NCBI GenBank assembly: GCA_944333345.1
Contig: CALVKW010000001.1
Span: 5,594-69,593, forward strand
Length of the DNA stretch: 64,000 nucleotides
Direction: 5' to 3'
Source: an uncultured Bacilli bacterium
GTDB taxonomy: Bacteria > Bacillota_I > Bacilli_A > RF39 > UBA660
Below, one piece after another: positions 45,086 through 53,708 of this stretch. Numbering within the stretch: the first letter of the stretch is position 1; the number at the start of each line of letters is the position of its first letter. A program made the translations under genes and the position numbers. Under the pieces are notes generated by a model. That model did not search any database. It was not told the origin of the DNA and was given only the letters and a program-made list of their open reading frames with translations.

Positions 45086-47801
45086 AATGCAGAAAAAAGT
45101 AATAAAAAGGAAAAGTACTCCTAAAAAAAGAGCCACCAGTACAAAAAGCAATAACGGTACAAGAGAATATAACTTCAAAAAGAAAACTCAAACAAATACA
45201 AAAAAACAAAATCAAAATCAAAATATTCTAATTGCCTGTTGGATAGCCTTCGTCGCAATACTTCTTCTATGTTATTTAAAACTAGGATTAGTATTTACTT
45301 TAATTACGGCAATTGGTATTGGTGTTATTATTGGAGTTTCCCATTTATTAAGAAAAGCAAAAAATGACAAAAAGAAAAAGAAAATTATAAATATCATTCT
45401 AATTATTATCTTAGGTTTAGGTATCCTATGTCTAATCTTATTTGCCGCATTCTTAATCTATATCACAGTAACTGCCCCAGAATTTGACGCAGAAAAACTA
45501 GATACAAAAGAAATGAGTATTTTTTACGATAAAGATGGCAACCGTGTAGCAGAAACAGGAGACGAACGAAGAGAAAAAATCACCTATGATGATCTTCCAC
45601 AGGTCTTTATTGATGCTCTTGTTGCAACAGAGGATTCCAGATTTTTTGAACATAATGGATTTGATGCCCCAAGATTTTTAAAAGCTAGTGTTGGACAATT
45701 ATTAGGAAACTCTGATGCCGGAGGAGCTTCTACAATTTCAATGCAAGTCATAAAAAACACTATGACCTCATCAAAAGATAGTGGCATTGAGGGTATCATC
45801 CGTAAATTTACCGATATATATTTAGCTGTCTTCAAACTAGAAAAAAGCTATACAAAGGAACAAATTATTGAATTTTATGTCAACAACCATGGATTAGGAG
45901 GAATGATTTATGGTGTAGAAGAAGCAGCTCAAACTTACTTCGGAAAAAATGCCAGCGACTTAAATCTAAGTGAAGCTGCAATTCTTGCCGGGATGTTTCA
46001 AGCTCCAACCTATTATAAGCCAGATATTAATCCCGAAAATGCAGCAAAAAGAAGAAAAACAGTATTATATTTAATGGTAAGACATGGATATATTACGCAA
46101 GAACAAGCGGATATTGCAAATAGCATTCCAGTAGAAGATTTGCTAGTAGAACAAACAGCCTCATCTGACCCATATCAAGGATATATAGATACAGTAACGA
46201 AAGAGCTAGAAGAAAAATATGGAATCGATCCAAATAAAACACCTGTAGAAGTTTATACAAATTTAGATAGAACAAAACAAGAAGCCGTAAACTCTGTCAT
46301 GAATGGAGAAAGTTATACTTGGATTGACGATCGTGTTCAAGCAGGAATTACAGTATTAGATTCAGAGACTGGAAAGGTTTTAGCTATAGGAGCTGGTAGA
46401 AATAGAGCTGCTGGTGCCTGGAATTATGCAGTAGATAACAAACGTCAACCAGGATCAACAGCAAAACCATTATTTGATTATGGTCCAGGAATTGAATATA
46501 ACAATTGGTCAACCTATACCCTATTTGATGATGCACCATACACATACTCAAATGGACGTTCTATAAAAAACTGGGATAATGGATACTTTGGTACGATTAC
46601 TTTAAGAAGAGCATTATCAACTTCAAGAAATATACCTGCATTAAAAGCATTCCAACAAGTAGACAATGAAAAAATTATAGACTTCGTAGAAAGCCTAGGA
46701 ATTACCCCAGAAGTAGAAAATGGAAAAATACATGAAGCCCATTCAATTGGAGCATTCTCACCTGGTGTGTCTTCAATGGAGATGGCTGGAGCTTATGCAG
46801 CATTCTCAAATGGTGGATATTACACTGAACCACATACAATTGAAAGAATTGTTTACCGTGATACCGGTGAAGTAGTAGAATTTAATGGAGAAACAACCAA
46901 AGTTATGTCTGATGCAACAGCATTTATGATTTCTGATGTATTACAAGATGTAGCACTAACTGGAGGTACTCCAACAAATGTAGCTGCAAAAACTGGTACT
47001 ACAAACTATGATGATGAAACAATGCAAGAATACCGCTTGCCAAGTGATGCTATCAGAGATTCCTGGGTAGTAGGATATTCTACAAAAACAGTAATTGCCT
47101 TATGGTATGGATACGATAAAATCGATTCAACTTACGTATTACACAACGTACCTGCAACTATAGCAAAAGACAGAATCTTCAATGCGTTAGTGAGAGCAGG
47201 TGCAATGGAATCCAATAGAGAAGCATTCGAACAACCTTCCAGCGTTGTACGTCTTGGAATCGTTGCTGGATCTAATCCTCCAAGAGTGGCTGGAAGCGGA
47301 TATACCGGAAGTGTCGTATATGAATACTTCAAGAAGGGATATGAACCTGAAGAAACAGATATATCAAATGTTACTTTAGCAAAACCAGGAAACTTCAGAG
47401 TAACATATGATGAAACAAATAATCGAGTAACCTTATCCTGGTCAGCCGTAAACCCAGGAGATAATGAAGGATTAGGAACTTTCGGATATAACGTTTATTT
47501 AGGATCAACTCTAATAGGTTTTACAGAGAACACAAGTTATACCTATACATTAGGTAACTCATCTCCATACGGAACATATCGAGTAGTTGCAACTTATCAA
47601 GGATATAGTGGATTACAAGGTACTGCCGCAACATACACCTTAGAAGAACCAGAAGAAGAACCAGAAGAACCAACCACTCCAACGGACCCTTATGCCCAGC
47701 AAAAAGAAGAATGTGAAACTCAAGGTGGTACATGGAATAATACAACAAACACATGTACTCCACCTCCTACAGAAGGAGATGGAGGAACAACTACTCCATA
47801 A
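45072..47801 (+). CDS. ponA: Class A penicillin-binding protein 1A/1B (bifunctional glycosyltransferase and transpeptidase) with a C-terminal Fn3-like, P/E/T-rich extension
   Basis: GT51 motifs EDSRFFEHNGFD and the transpeptidase SxxK motif (GSTAKP), with SxN and KTG blocks. Confidence 0.95.
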   Translation: MEVYKMQKKVIKRKSTPKKRATSTKSNNGTREYNFKKKTQTNTKKQNQNQNILIACWIAFVAILLLCYLKLGLVFTLITAIGIGVIIGVSHLLRKAKNDKKKKKIINIILIIILGLGILCLILFAAFLIYITVTAPEFDAEKLDTKEMSIFYDKDGNRVAETGDERREKITYDDLPQVFIDALVATEDSRFFEHNGFDAPRFLKASVGQLLGNSDAGGASTISMQVIKNTMTSSKDSGIEGIIRKFTDIYLAVFKLEKSYTKEQIIEFYVNNHGLGGMIYGVEEAAQTYFGKNASDLNLSEAAILAGMFQAPTYYKPDINPENAAKRRKTVLYLMVRHGYITQEQADIANSIPVEDLLVEQTASSDPYQGYIDTVTKELEEKYGIDPNKTPVEVYTNLDRTKQEAVNSVMNGESYTWIDDRVQAGITVLDSETGKVLAIGAGRNRAAGAWNYAVDNKRQPGSTAKPLFDYGPGIEYNNWSTYTLFDDAPYTYSNGRSIKNWDNGYFGTITLRRALSTSRNIPALKAFQQVDNEKIIDFVESLGITPEVENGKIHEAHSIGAFSPGVSSMEMAGAYAAFSNGGYYTEPHTIERIVYRDTGEVVEFNGETTKVMSDATAFMISDVLQDVALTGGTPTNVAAKTGTTNYDDETMQEYRLPSDAIRDSWVVGYSTKTVIALWYGYDKIDSTYVLHNVPATIAKDRIFNALVRAGAMESNREAFEQPSSVVRLGIVAGSNPPRVAGSGYTGSVVYEYFKKGYEPEETDISNVTLAKPGNFRVTYDETNNRVTLSWSAVNPGDNEGLGTFGYNVYLGSTLIGFTENTSYTYTLGNSSPYGTYRVVATYQGYSGLQGTAATYTLEEPEEEPEEPTTPTDPYAQQKEECETQGGTWNNTTNTCTPPPTEGDGGTTTP

Positions 47802-47803
47802 CA

Positions 47804-47837
47804 AAAAAGAAGAATCAATCAAGATTCTTCTTTTTTT
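47804..47837 (+). terminator. Bidirectional intrinsic terminator (GAAGAATC-AATCAA-GATTCTTC followed by a T7 run) between ponA and nth
   Basis: A perfect 8-bp stem is flanked by A-rich and T-rich runs. Confidence 0.6.
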
Positions 47838-48447
47838 CACGACAAAACTCTTTTAACGGACAATTCTTACATAAAGGTTTTACAGCCTTACAATAGTATC
47901 TTCCAAAAAGTACCATTTGTAAATGAAACTTAGCCCATCTATCTTTTGGTATTTTTCTCATTAATTTCCTTTCAACATCTAAAACAGAATCATTCATATA
48001 AGCTAATTTTAGCCTCTTAGAAACTCGCTCTACATGAGTATCAACCGCAATAGCTGGTAAATGATAAAACTCTGCTAAAAAAACGTTTACAGTCTTTCTA
48101 CCAACGCCAGGAAAGCTCTCTAACACTTCCCTATCCGTTGGAACTACACCATGATACTCATCTACCAATTTAGTAGCAATCCCCATCAAATATTTTGCTT
48201 TAATTCGAAAAGACCCAACTGGACGAATGATATCCTCTAAATCAGCCAAATCTGCATTTTTTATATCTTCCAATGTAGGATAACGAGAAAAGATAATAGG
48301 AGTAACAGAATTTACTCTTTTATCGGTTGATTGAGCACTCAAAACAACAGCCATCAATAATTGATAATCGGTATGATAGATAAGTTCACACTTAGGATCA
48401 GGAAAAAGATAATCTAAATACTCTAGTAACTTATTCGTCATCTTCAT
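47815..48447 (-). CDS. nth: Endonuclease III
   Basis: HhH-GPD motif with PGVGRKTVNVFL, and the [4Fe-4S] cluster CKAVKPLCKNCPLKEFC. The start is probably MKMTNKLL. Confidence 0.9.
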   Translation of the reverse strand: MKMTNKLLEYLDYLFPDPKCELIYHTDYQLLMAVVLSAQSTDKRVNSVTPIIFSRYPTLEDIKNADLADLEDIIRPVGSFRIKAKYLMGIATKLVDEYHGVVPTDREVLESFPGVGRKTVNVFLAEFYHLPAIAVDTHVERVSKRLKLAYMNDSVLDVERKLMRKIPKDRWAKFHLQMVLFGRYYCKAVKPLCKNCPLKEFCREKKKNLD

Positions 48448-49108
48448 CAAACCAATCCCAATCCACAATATCTAAATCAATGTTACTATCTGTCTCTTCT
48501 TCCTTCTTTTGTGCTCTCTTCTTACGATGATTTTCAACATCCTTAGCAGTTTTAATTCCAAGTTTTCCCCACTCATACAAAATCTTATCAATATATCTTA
48601 AATTAGATACTCCATTAAAAGTAGCTTCCTTAATCGCTTCTTTAATCAATTCTTCACTCATATCATTATCAAGCCAAGCCTTAATAATTTCATATTCAAT
48701 TGGACTTAAAGTCCTGCCAAATTCTTTCTCTATTACTTCAAAAATATTAGATTGATAACTATTTTTTTCATTATGATCTTCTACCATAAGTAAGGATATC
48801 TTACGATAAAAGCCATCAAGTAACACAACTTCTTCCATTAATCCCTTATCATTTTTAACAACTTCAACTTGAATTAATTTTTTGTCTGTTAAACCACTAA
48901 TATATTCCATAACCTTAGATAATTCAATATTTAATTCTTTTTCATATTTAGAAGGATTAAACAAACTCTTATCCCCCAATTGATACAAATACATTAAAAA
49001 TACAAATTCTTCTAAAGTAACTTTCAGTTTCTTATAATGTTGTAAAAAGTAAAGAGGAATAACCAAGTGACCTTGTTTTAAAATATCAACAAATTCTGCA
49101 CCCTTCAC
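48431..49108 (-). CDS. dnaD: DnaD-domain replication initiation / membrane attachment protein
   Basis: C-terminal DDBH2 signature LRYIDKILYEWGKLGIKT. The dnaD-nth adjacency matches Bacillus. Confidence 0.75.
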   Translation of the reverse strand: MKGAEFVDILKQGHLVIPLYFLQHYKKLKVTLEEFVFLMYLYQLGDKSLFNPSKYEKELNIELSKVMEYISGLTDKKLIQVEVVKNDKGLMEEVVLLDGFYRKISLLMVEDHNEKNSYQSNIFEVIEKEFGRTLSPIEYEIIKAWLDNDMSEELIKEAIKEATFNGVSNLRYIDKILYEWGKLGIKTAKDVENHRKKRAQKKEEETDSNIDLDIVDWDWFDEDDE

Positions 49109-49168
49109 TTTATCATCTCCTTAAACAATGTCTATATAATACCACAAAATAGATAAGAAAAAAAGCTC

Positions 49169-50269
49169 CTATAAATTAGAAGCAAAATTTTTTTCTATAT
49201 AAGAAAGTAATTGTTGTTTATGATTAGGGATTCTACGATATAATACTTCTCTTTCAATTGTCTCATAAATATCACTCAAATATTCTCCAGGCTCTCTATC
49301 TAAAGCCTTCATAATTTCTTCACTAGAAATATCTAAATCCCCCCTACTATGAATAACTAAAGAATTATAAGACTCTGTAACCTTCTTTTTATCCATTCCT
49401 TTCATTTCAGCTGCCACACTATTAACATATAGTCCATAATGATATAAAGCCATAGGATCTAAATTATTTAATTTTAAAACATCACGAATATCTTTCATCA
49501 TCTCTTTTTCATTATTAGAGAATGGATAAATATTATCTACGTCTAAAACACTCCATATTCCTACTAAACTATTCGTATTTAAAACATCTGATAAATGTTC
49601 CAACTCCAAATTTTTATCCAAATGAAATTCTAACAAAAGCTCAATTCCCTTTTTTGCATACCCACTAGCAAATATTTTATCTAATTCTTCTTTTTTCCTT
49701 TGATAAGAAATGGAACTTAATAAATGACGACAATCTCTTATCGCCTGAACAACTTCAGTATCCAATTGGAAATCAAGAACAGTTGCGAATCGTATAGCCC
49801 TAAGAATTCTTAAAGCATCTTCACGAAACTTCTCATTAGCATCTCCTATAGAACGAATTAATTTCCGATTTAAATCATCTCTTCCGCCCAAAAAATCAAT
49901 AATTTCTCCATTTTCATCAATACATATAGAATTAACAGTAAAATCCCTTCGTAATAAATCTTGGTATAAATCATCAATATATTGAATCTCTACTGGCTTA
50001 CGATGATTTTTATAACTAAATTCTTTACGGAATGTTGTGATTTCAAAACGAATTCCATACTTTTTTACAATAACAGAACCATAATCCTCTGTTGGTAAAA
50101 AAGAATCCTCAAATACTTCCTTAATCTCCTTTGGAGTAGCATTAGTAGCAATATCTACATCTTGAGAGTCAATTCCTAGTAAATAATCTCTAACAAATCC
50201 TCCAACAATATAAGCTTTATAATTATGTGCAACAAGCTCATTAACAAGCTTTAATGCATTATCTAACAT
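49169..50269 (-). CDS. cca: CCA-adding tRNA nucleotidyltransferase
   Basis: PolyA-polymerase head-domain motif GGFVRDYLLG..DVDIAT and a downstream HD-like region. Confidence 0.85.
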   Translation of the reverse strand: MLDNALKLVNELVAHNYKAYIVGGFVRDYLLGIDSQDVDIATNATPKEIKEVFEDSFLPTEDYGSVIVKKYGIRFEITTFRKEFSYKNHRKPVEIQYIDDLYQDLLRRDFTVNSICIDENGEIIDFLGGRDDLNRKLIRSIGDANEKFREDALRILRAIRFATVLDFQLDTEVVQAIRDCRHLLSSISYQRKKEELDKIFASGYAKKGIELLLEFHLDKNLELEHLSDVLNTNSLVGIWSVLDVDNIYPFSNNEKEMMKDIRDVLKLNNLDPMALYHYGLYVNSVAAEMKGMDKKKVTESYNSLVIHSRGDLDISSEEIMKALDREPGEYLSDIYETIEREVLYRRIPNHKQQLLSYIEKNFASNL

Positions 50270-50372
50270 AGTATCACCATAAATAGTATATCATATTTTA
50301 TAAAACTTGAAAATTGAAAAACCAAAAGTAAGTGTCAAAAAAAGAGATGGAATTCATCTCTTAACTTATTTA

Positions 50373-50645
50373 TTAGTTTACAGCATCTTTTAATGCAGAA
50401 CCAGCCTTGAAAGTAACAGCATTTCTAGCAGGAATAGTAACTGTTTCACCAGTTCTAGGATTACGACCATCACGAGCCGCTCTCTCAGATACAGCAAATG
50501 TTCCAAATCCAGCTACAGGAACTTTGTCTCCATTAGCTAAAGCATTTTTAATAACTTTAAAAGTAGCATCAAATGCTTTTGTTGCATCTGCTTTTGTTAA
50601 TCCTGCTTCTTCAGCAATAGCTTCTACTAAATCAACTTTCTTCAT
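50373..50645 (-). CDS. hup: DNA-binding protein HU
   Basis: A near-canonical HU sequence (MKKVDLVEAIAEEAGLTKADA...GFGTFAVSERAARDGRNPRTGE). Elevated GC and codon bias fit a highly expressed gene. Confidence 0.95.
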   Translation of the reverse strand: MKKVDLVEAIAEEAGLTKADATKAFDATFKVIKNALANGDKVPVAGFGTFAVSERAARDGRNPRTGETVTIPARNAVTFKAGSALKDAVN

Positions 50646-50743
50646 TAATATATACCTCCCTAATAATATTAATTAAGCACCTTTATGCTTACATATAAAA
50701 TTTACCATGTTTCTATACAAAATGCAAGAAATATCAACAAATT

Positions 50744-51082
50744 TTACGAACTTTTACGCAAGGATTCATCAATAGAAGTAAGAAGAGAAATAATATGACC
50801 TATAGCATAAAAGAATAAGCAAACCAAAAAGGAAATAAACCAAAAAAATATCATTAGAGAAAAATTAAATTCCGTAGAAGTACAAACCCCATAAAGATTA
50901 GAACTAGTTCCACAAGCAGGAAACAAATTACCTAAAATAATTCCAAAACAGAAACATACTAAAAATACCACAATAGCAAATTTCTGATAACCATTAAAAG
51001 TATACTTAGATACCTCTTTTGTAATATTTTTTAATTTAGGAAGATCTTCTTTTTCACGTTCAATTTCTTCAAACATATTCAT
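50744..51082 (-). CDS. Hypothetical small membrane protein
   Basis: Two or three hydrophobic helices. It abuts the next membrane-protein gene. Confidence 0.35.
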   Translation of the reverse strand: MNMFEEIEREKEDLPKLKNITKEVSKYTFNGYQKFAIVVFLVCFCFGIILGNLFPACGTSSNLYGVCTSTEFNFSLMIFFWFISFLVCLFFYAIGHIISLLTSIDESLRKSS

Positions 51083-51084
51083 AT

Positions 51085-51945
51085 CTATTCATCCTCCTTC
51101 TTTTTACTAACTTTTTTAGAAGTAGTCTTCTTTTTAGTATTCTTACTCTCTTTCTTTTTTTCTGTTTTTTGCTCTTTTTTTTCATCCAATTTATCTTCTA
51201 CAATAGCAGTAGCAGACTTGACAGCATCAGTCACAGAATCAGTAATATCATCAACAACCTCATCTAATTTATCTTTTACTTGTTCTACCTTTTCTTTAAT
51301 TTCTTCAATGCTTGTATTAGGATTTATTTTTTTCTCTTTATTATCTAAAAAGCATCCATACAAGAAAACATATCTAGCAAATAAAACCATATAACAAGCA
51401 TCTAATATGGAAAGTATTGTTCCATCCAATTCTGTAGTAGCAATTAAATCAAGAGCCAAAAGTACTACAGTAAGCACAATAATTGCATAAAAATATCCAT
51501 CATTTTTTATTTCATTAAATGGTGACTTTGCCAAATGAAATTCTCTCCATACCCTAGTCCTACGGAAAAGTGTATGAAATAAATAAACAAATAATACTAT
51601 ATGTAGGGCACAATCTACTAAAGTCTCTAAAGAAAAGCTCTGGAAAACTGTTAGTATCGAAGTAATACTAGTAATAAAATATAATAGTATTAAAAAAACA
51701 TTTAAGAAATCAAAATATCTCTTACCAATTTTAGTCTTCAGTGCTACAAAATATACCAAAACAATTAAGTAAACACTATTATGATTAATAATACTACTTA
51801 AAATCTCATGTGTACTTAAATTATTATTTACAGCAAAAGATTGACTCAAAATAATAACGACTGCGATAAGTCCAATAATTAAATTAGTAATAAACCCAGG
51901 GTTATCATACCATTCAATTTCTGCTTTTTTATTTTCTAATTCCAT
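51085..51945 (-). CDS. Hypothetical polytopic membrane protein with a Lys-rich C-terminal tail
   Basis: Five or more hydrophobic helices. The C-terminus is KKKESKNTKKKTTSKKVSKKKEDE. Confidence 0.4.
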   Translation of the reverse strand: MELENKKAEIEWYDNPGFITNLIIGLIAVVIILSQSFAVNNNLSTHEILSSIINHNSVYLIVLVYFVALKTKIGKRYFDFLNVFLILLYFITSITSILTVFQSFSLETLVDCALHIVLFVYLFHTLFRRTRVWREFHLAKSPFNEIKNDGYFYAIIVLTVVLLALDLIATTELDGTILSILDACYMVLFARYVFLYGCFLDNKEKKINPNTSIEEIKEKVEQVKDKLDEVVDDITDSVTDAVKSATAIVEDKLDEKKEQKTEKKKESKNTKKKTTSKKVSKKKEDE

Positions 51946-52066
51946 CTATATCCTCCTAACTATTAATATTATACCATATAATATAAAAACTTTTTGTGAA
52001 GATATGAATTTTTCTTTAAAATTTGACAATCCTATGATATAATACCAGTGAATTGGAGGGGATAGT

Positions 52067-53371
52067 ATGATACCTACAGTAGCTTTAGTTGGAAGACCAA
52101 ATGTCGGCAAATCCACCTTATTTAATAAAATCGTTGGAAAAAAAATTTCTATCATAGAAGATAAACCAGGTGTAACTAGAGATAGAATCTATCAAGAAAC
52201 AACTTATAATAACAAACCCTTTTATTTAATAGATACCGGTGGAATTGATGCTAGCAAAATGAAGTTTAATGATGAAATAAAAATGCAAGCAGAAATTGCT
52301 ATTAAAGAAGCTGATATTGTTGTTTTTATTGTAGATGGAAAAGAAGGACTTACTAGTAATGACTTAATCGTACGAGACCTACTAAGAAAAAGCAAAAAAG
52401 AAGTAATTGTTGCGATTAATAAAATAGATAATAAAGAGGCCCAAGACAACATCTATGATTTCTATGAATTAGGCTTTAATACCTATATCCCTATTAGCAG
52501 TATTCATAACACTGGATATATTGAATTAATGGATGAAATAACAAAAAATTTCCAAGAAAAAGAAGAAACCAAAGATACTAGATTAAAATTCTCCATTATT
52601 GGAAGACCAAATGTAGGAAAAAGTAGTTTAATGAATACCCTATTAAATGAGGAACGTGTCGTTGTCTCTGACATTGCCGGAACAACACGTGATTCTATTG
52701 ACTCCATATTAAAATATCATAATGAAGAATATATCTTAATTGATACTGCTGGAATGAGAAAAAAAGGAAAAATATTTGAATCCGTAGAAAAATATAGCTT
52801 ATTCCGTTCTCTAAAAGCCATTGACAGAAGTGATATTTGTCTAGTAGTAATTAATGCGGAAGAAGGAATTAAAGAACATGATAAACATATCGCAGGATAT
52901 GCAATAGAAAGAGGTAAAGGATTAATCTTTGTAGTAAATAAATGGGACACCGTTAAAGACACAACAATTCCCGAGTTTGAAAAAAAGATGCGAGCAGAAT
53001 TCCAATTTGCAACCTATGCTCCTATTGTTTACCTATCAGCTTTAACAAAGAAAAGAATCCACACATTAATGCCAGAAATTATTAAAGTAGGAGAAAATAT
53101 CAAACGAGAAATACCTACAAGTCTATTAAACAATGTAATATTAGATGCATATCAATTAAATATTCCACCATCATATAAAGGCAAAAGATTAAAAATATTT
53201 TTCACATCACAAACAGGTACAAAACCTCCAAAATTCACTTTACGTGTAAATAATAAAGGCCTAATACATTTTTCTTATGAAAGATACTTAGAAAATAAAT
53301 TAAGAGAAAATTTCGAATTAGAAGGAACTCCAATCGCCCTACAATTTAAAAATAGAAATGGGGAAGAATAA
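52067..53371 (+). CDS. der: Ribosome-associated GTPase Der/EngA (tandem GTPase domains plus KH-like domain)
   Basis: Two G domains (GRPNVGKST at the N-terminus and GRPNVGKSS mid-protein) and a C-terminal KH-like domain. Confidence 0.95.
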   Translation: MIPTVALVGRPNVGKSTLFNKIVGKKISIIEDKPGVTRDRIYQETTYNNKPFYLIDTGGIDASKMKFNDEIKMQAEIAIKEADIVVFIVDGKEGLTSNDLIVRDLLRKSKKEVIVAINKIDNKEAQDNIYDFYELGFNTYIPISSIHNTGYIELMDEITKNFQEKEETKDTRLKFSIIGRPNVGKSSLMNTLLNEERVVVSDIAGTTRDSIDSILKYHNEEYILIDTAGMRKKGKIFESVEKYSLFRSLKAIDRSDICLVVINAEEGIKEHDKHIAGYAIERGKGLIFVVNKWDTVKDTTIPEFEKKMRAEFQFATYAPIVYLSALTKKRIHTLMPEIIKVGENIKREIPTSLLNNVILDAYQLNIPPSYKGKRLKIFFTSQTGTKPPKFTLRVNNKGLIHFSYERYLENKLRENFELEGTPIALQFKNRNGEE

Positions 53372-53681
53372 TATGTTAATGGGAAATAATTTTAACAATA
53401 ACAATAATTCAAGCTTTGTAAAACCACTAGGAAATCATTTTGAAAACAATCAATTTGTAAATAAAAATAAAGAATTTCAAGAAAGAATGAGTAATATACA
53501 ATCACAAAAAAACATCTTTACACAAGACATTAAAACACAACAACATATAAACCCAACAAACAAAAACGATATGTATGACAAAACCTTAGCTTTATTACAT
53601 GAACGACTACAACAGGGAAGTATTACGTTAGAAGAATTTAATAAAAAATGCAGAGATTTAGCAAAAAAAAGGCAAAATTAA
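53358..53681 (+). CDS. Hypothetical Asn-rich protein with a SHOCT-like C-terminus (LLHERLQQGSITLEEFNKK)
   Basis: The RBS GGGGAAG precedes the ATG. The ORF overlaps the der 3' end by 14 nt. The SHOCT resemblance is weak. Confidence 0.35.
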   Translation: MGKNNMLMGNNFNNNNNSSFVKPLGNHFENNQFVNKNKEFQERMSNIQSQKNIFTQDIKTQQHINPTNKNDMYDKTLALLHERLQQGSITLEEFNKKCRDLAKKRQN

Positions 53682-53708
53682 AATCAACCTAAGTTGATTT
53701 TTTTTCTA
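53680..53708 (+). terminator. Bidirectional intrinsic terminator (AATCAAC-CTAA-GTTGATT followed by a T9 run)
   Basis: The stem-loop plus T-run lies between the convergent 107-aa and 951-aa genes. Confidence 0.5.

Noticed and set aside
50407-50676. 89-aa + strand ORF antisense to hup
   Set aside because: It is an antisense frame of the GC-richer, highly conserved HU gene. It has no RBS and its composition is implausible.
51946-52155. 69-aa minus-strand ORF overlapping the der start
   Set aside because: It is antisense to the der N-terminus and promoter and has no RBS.
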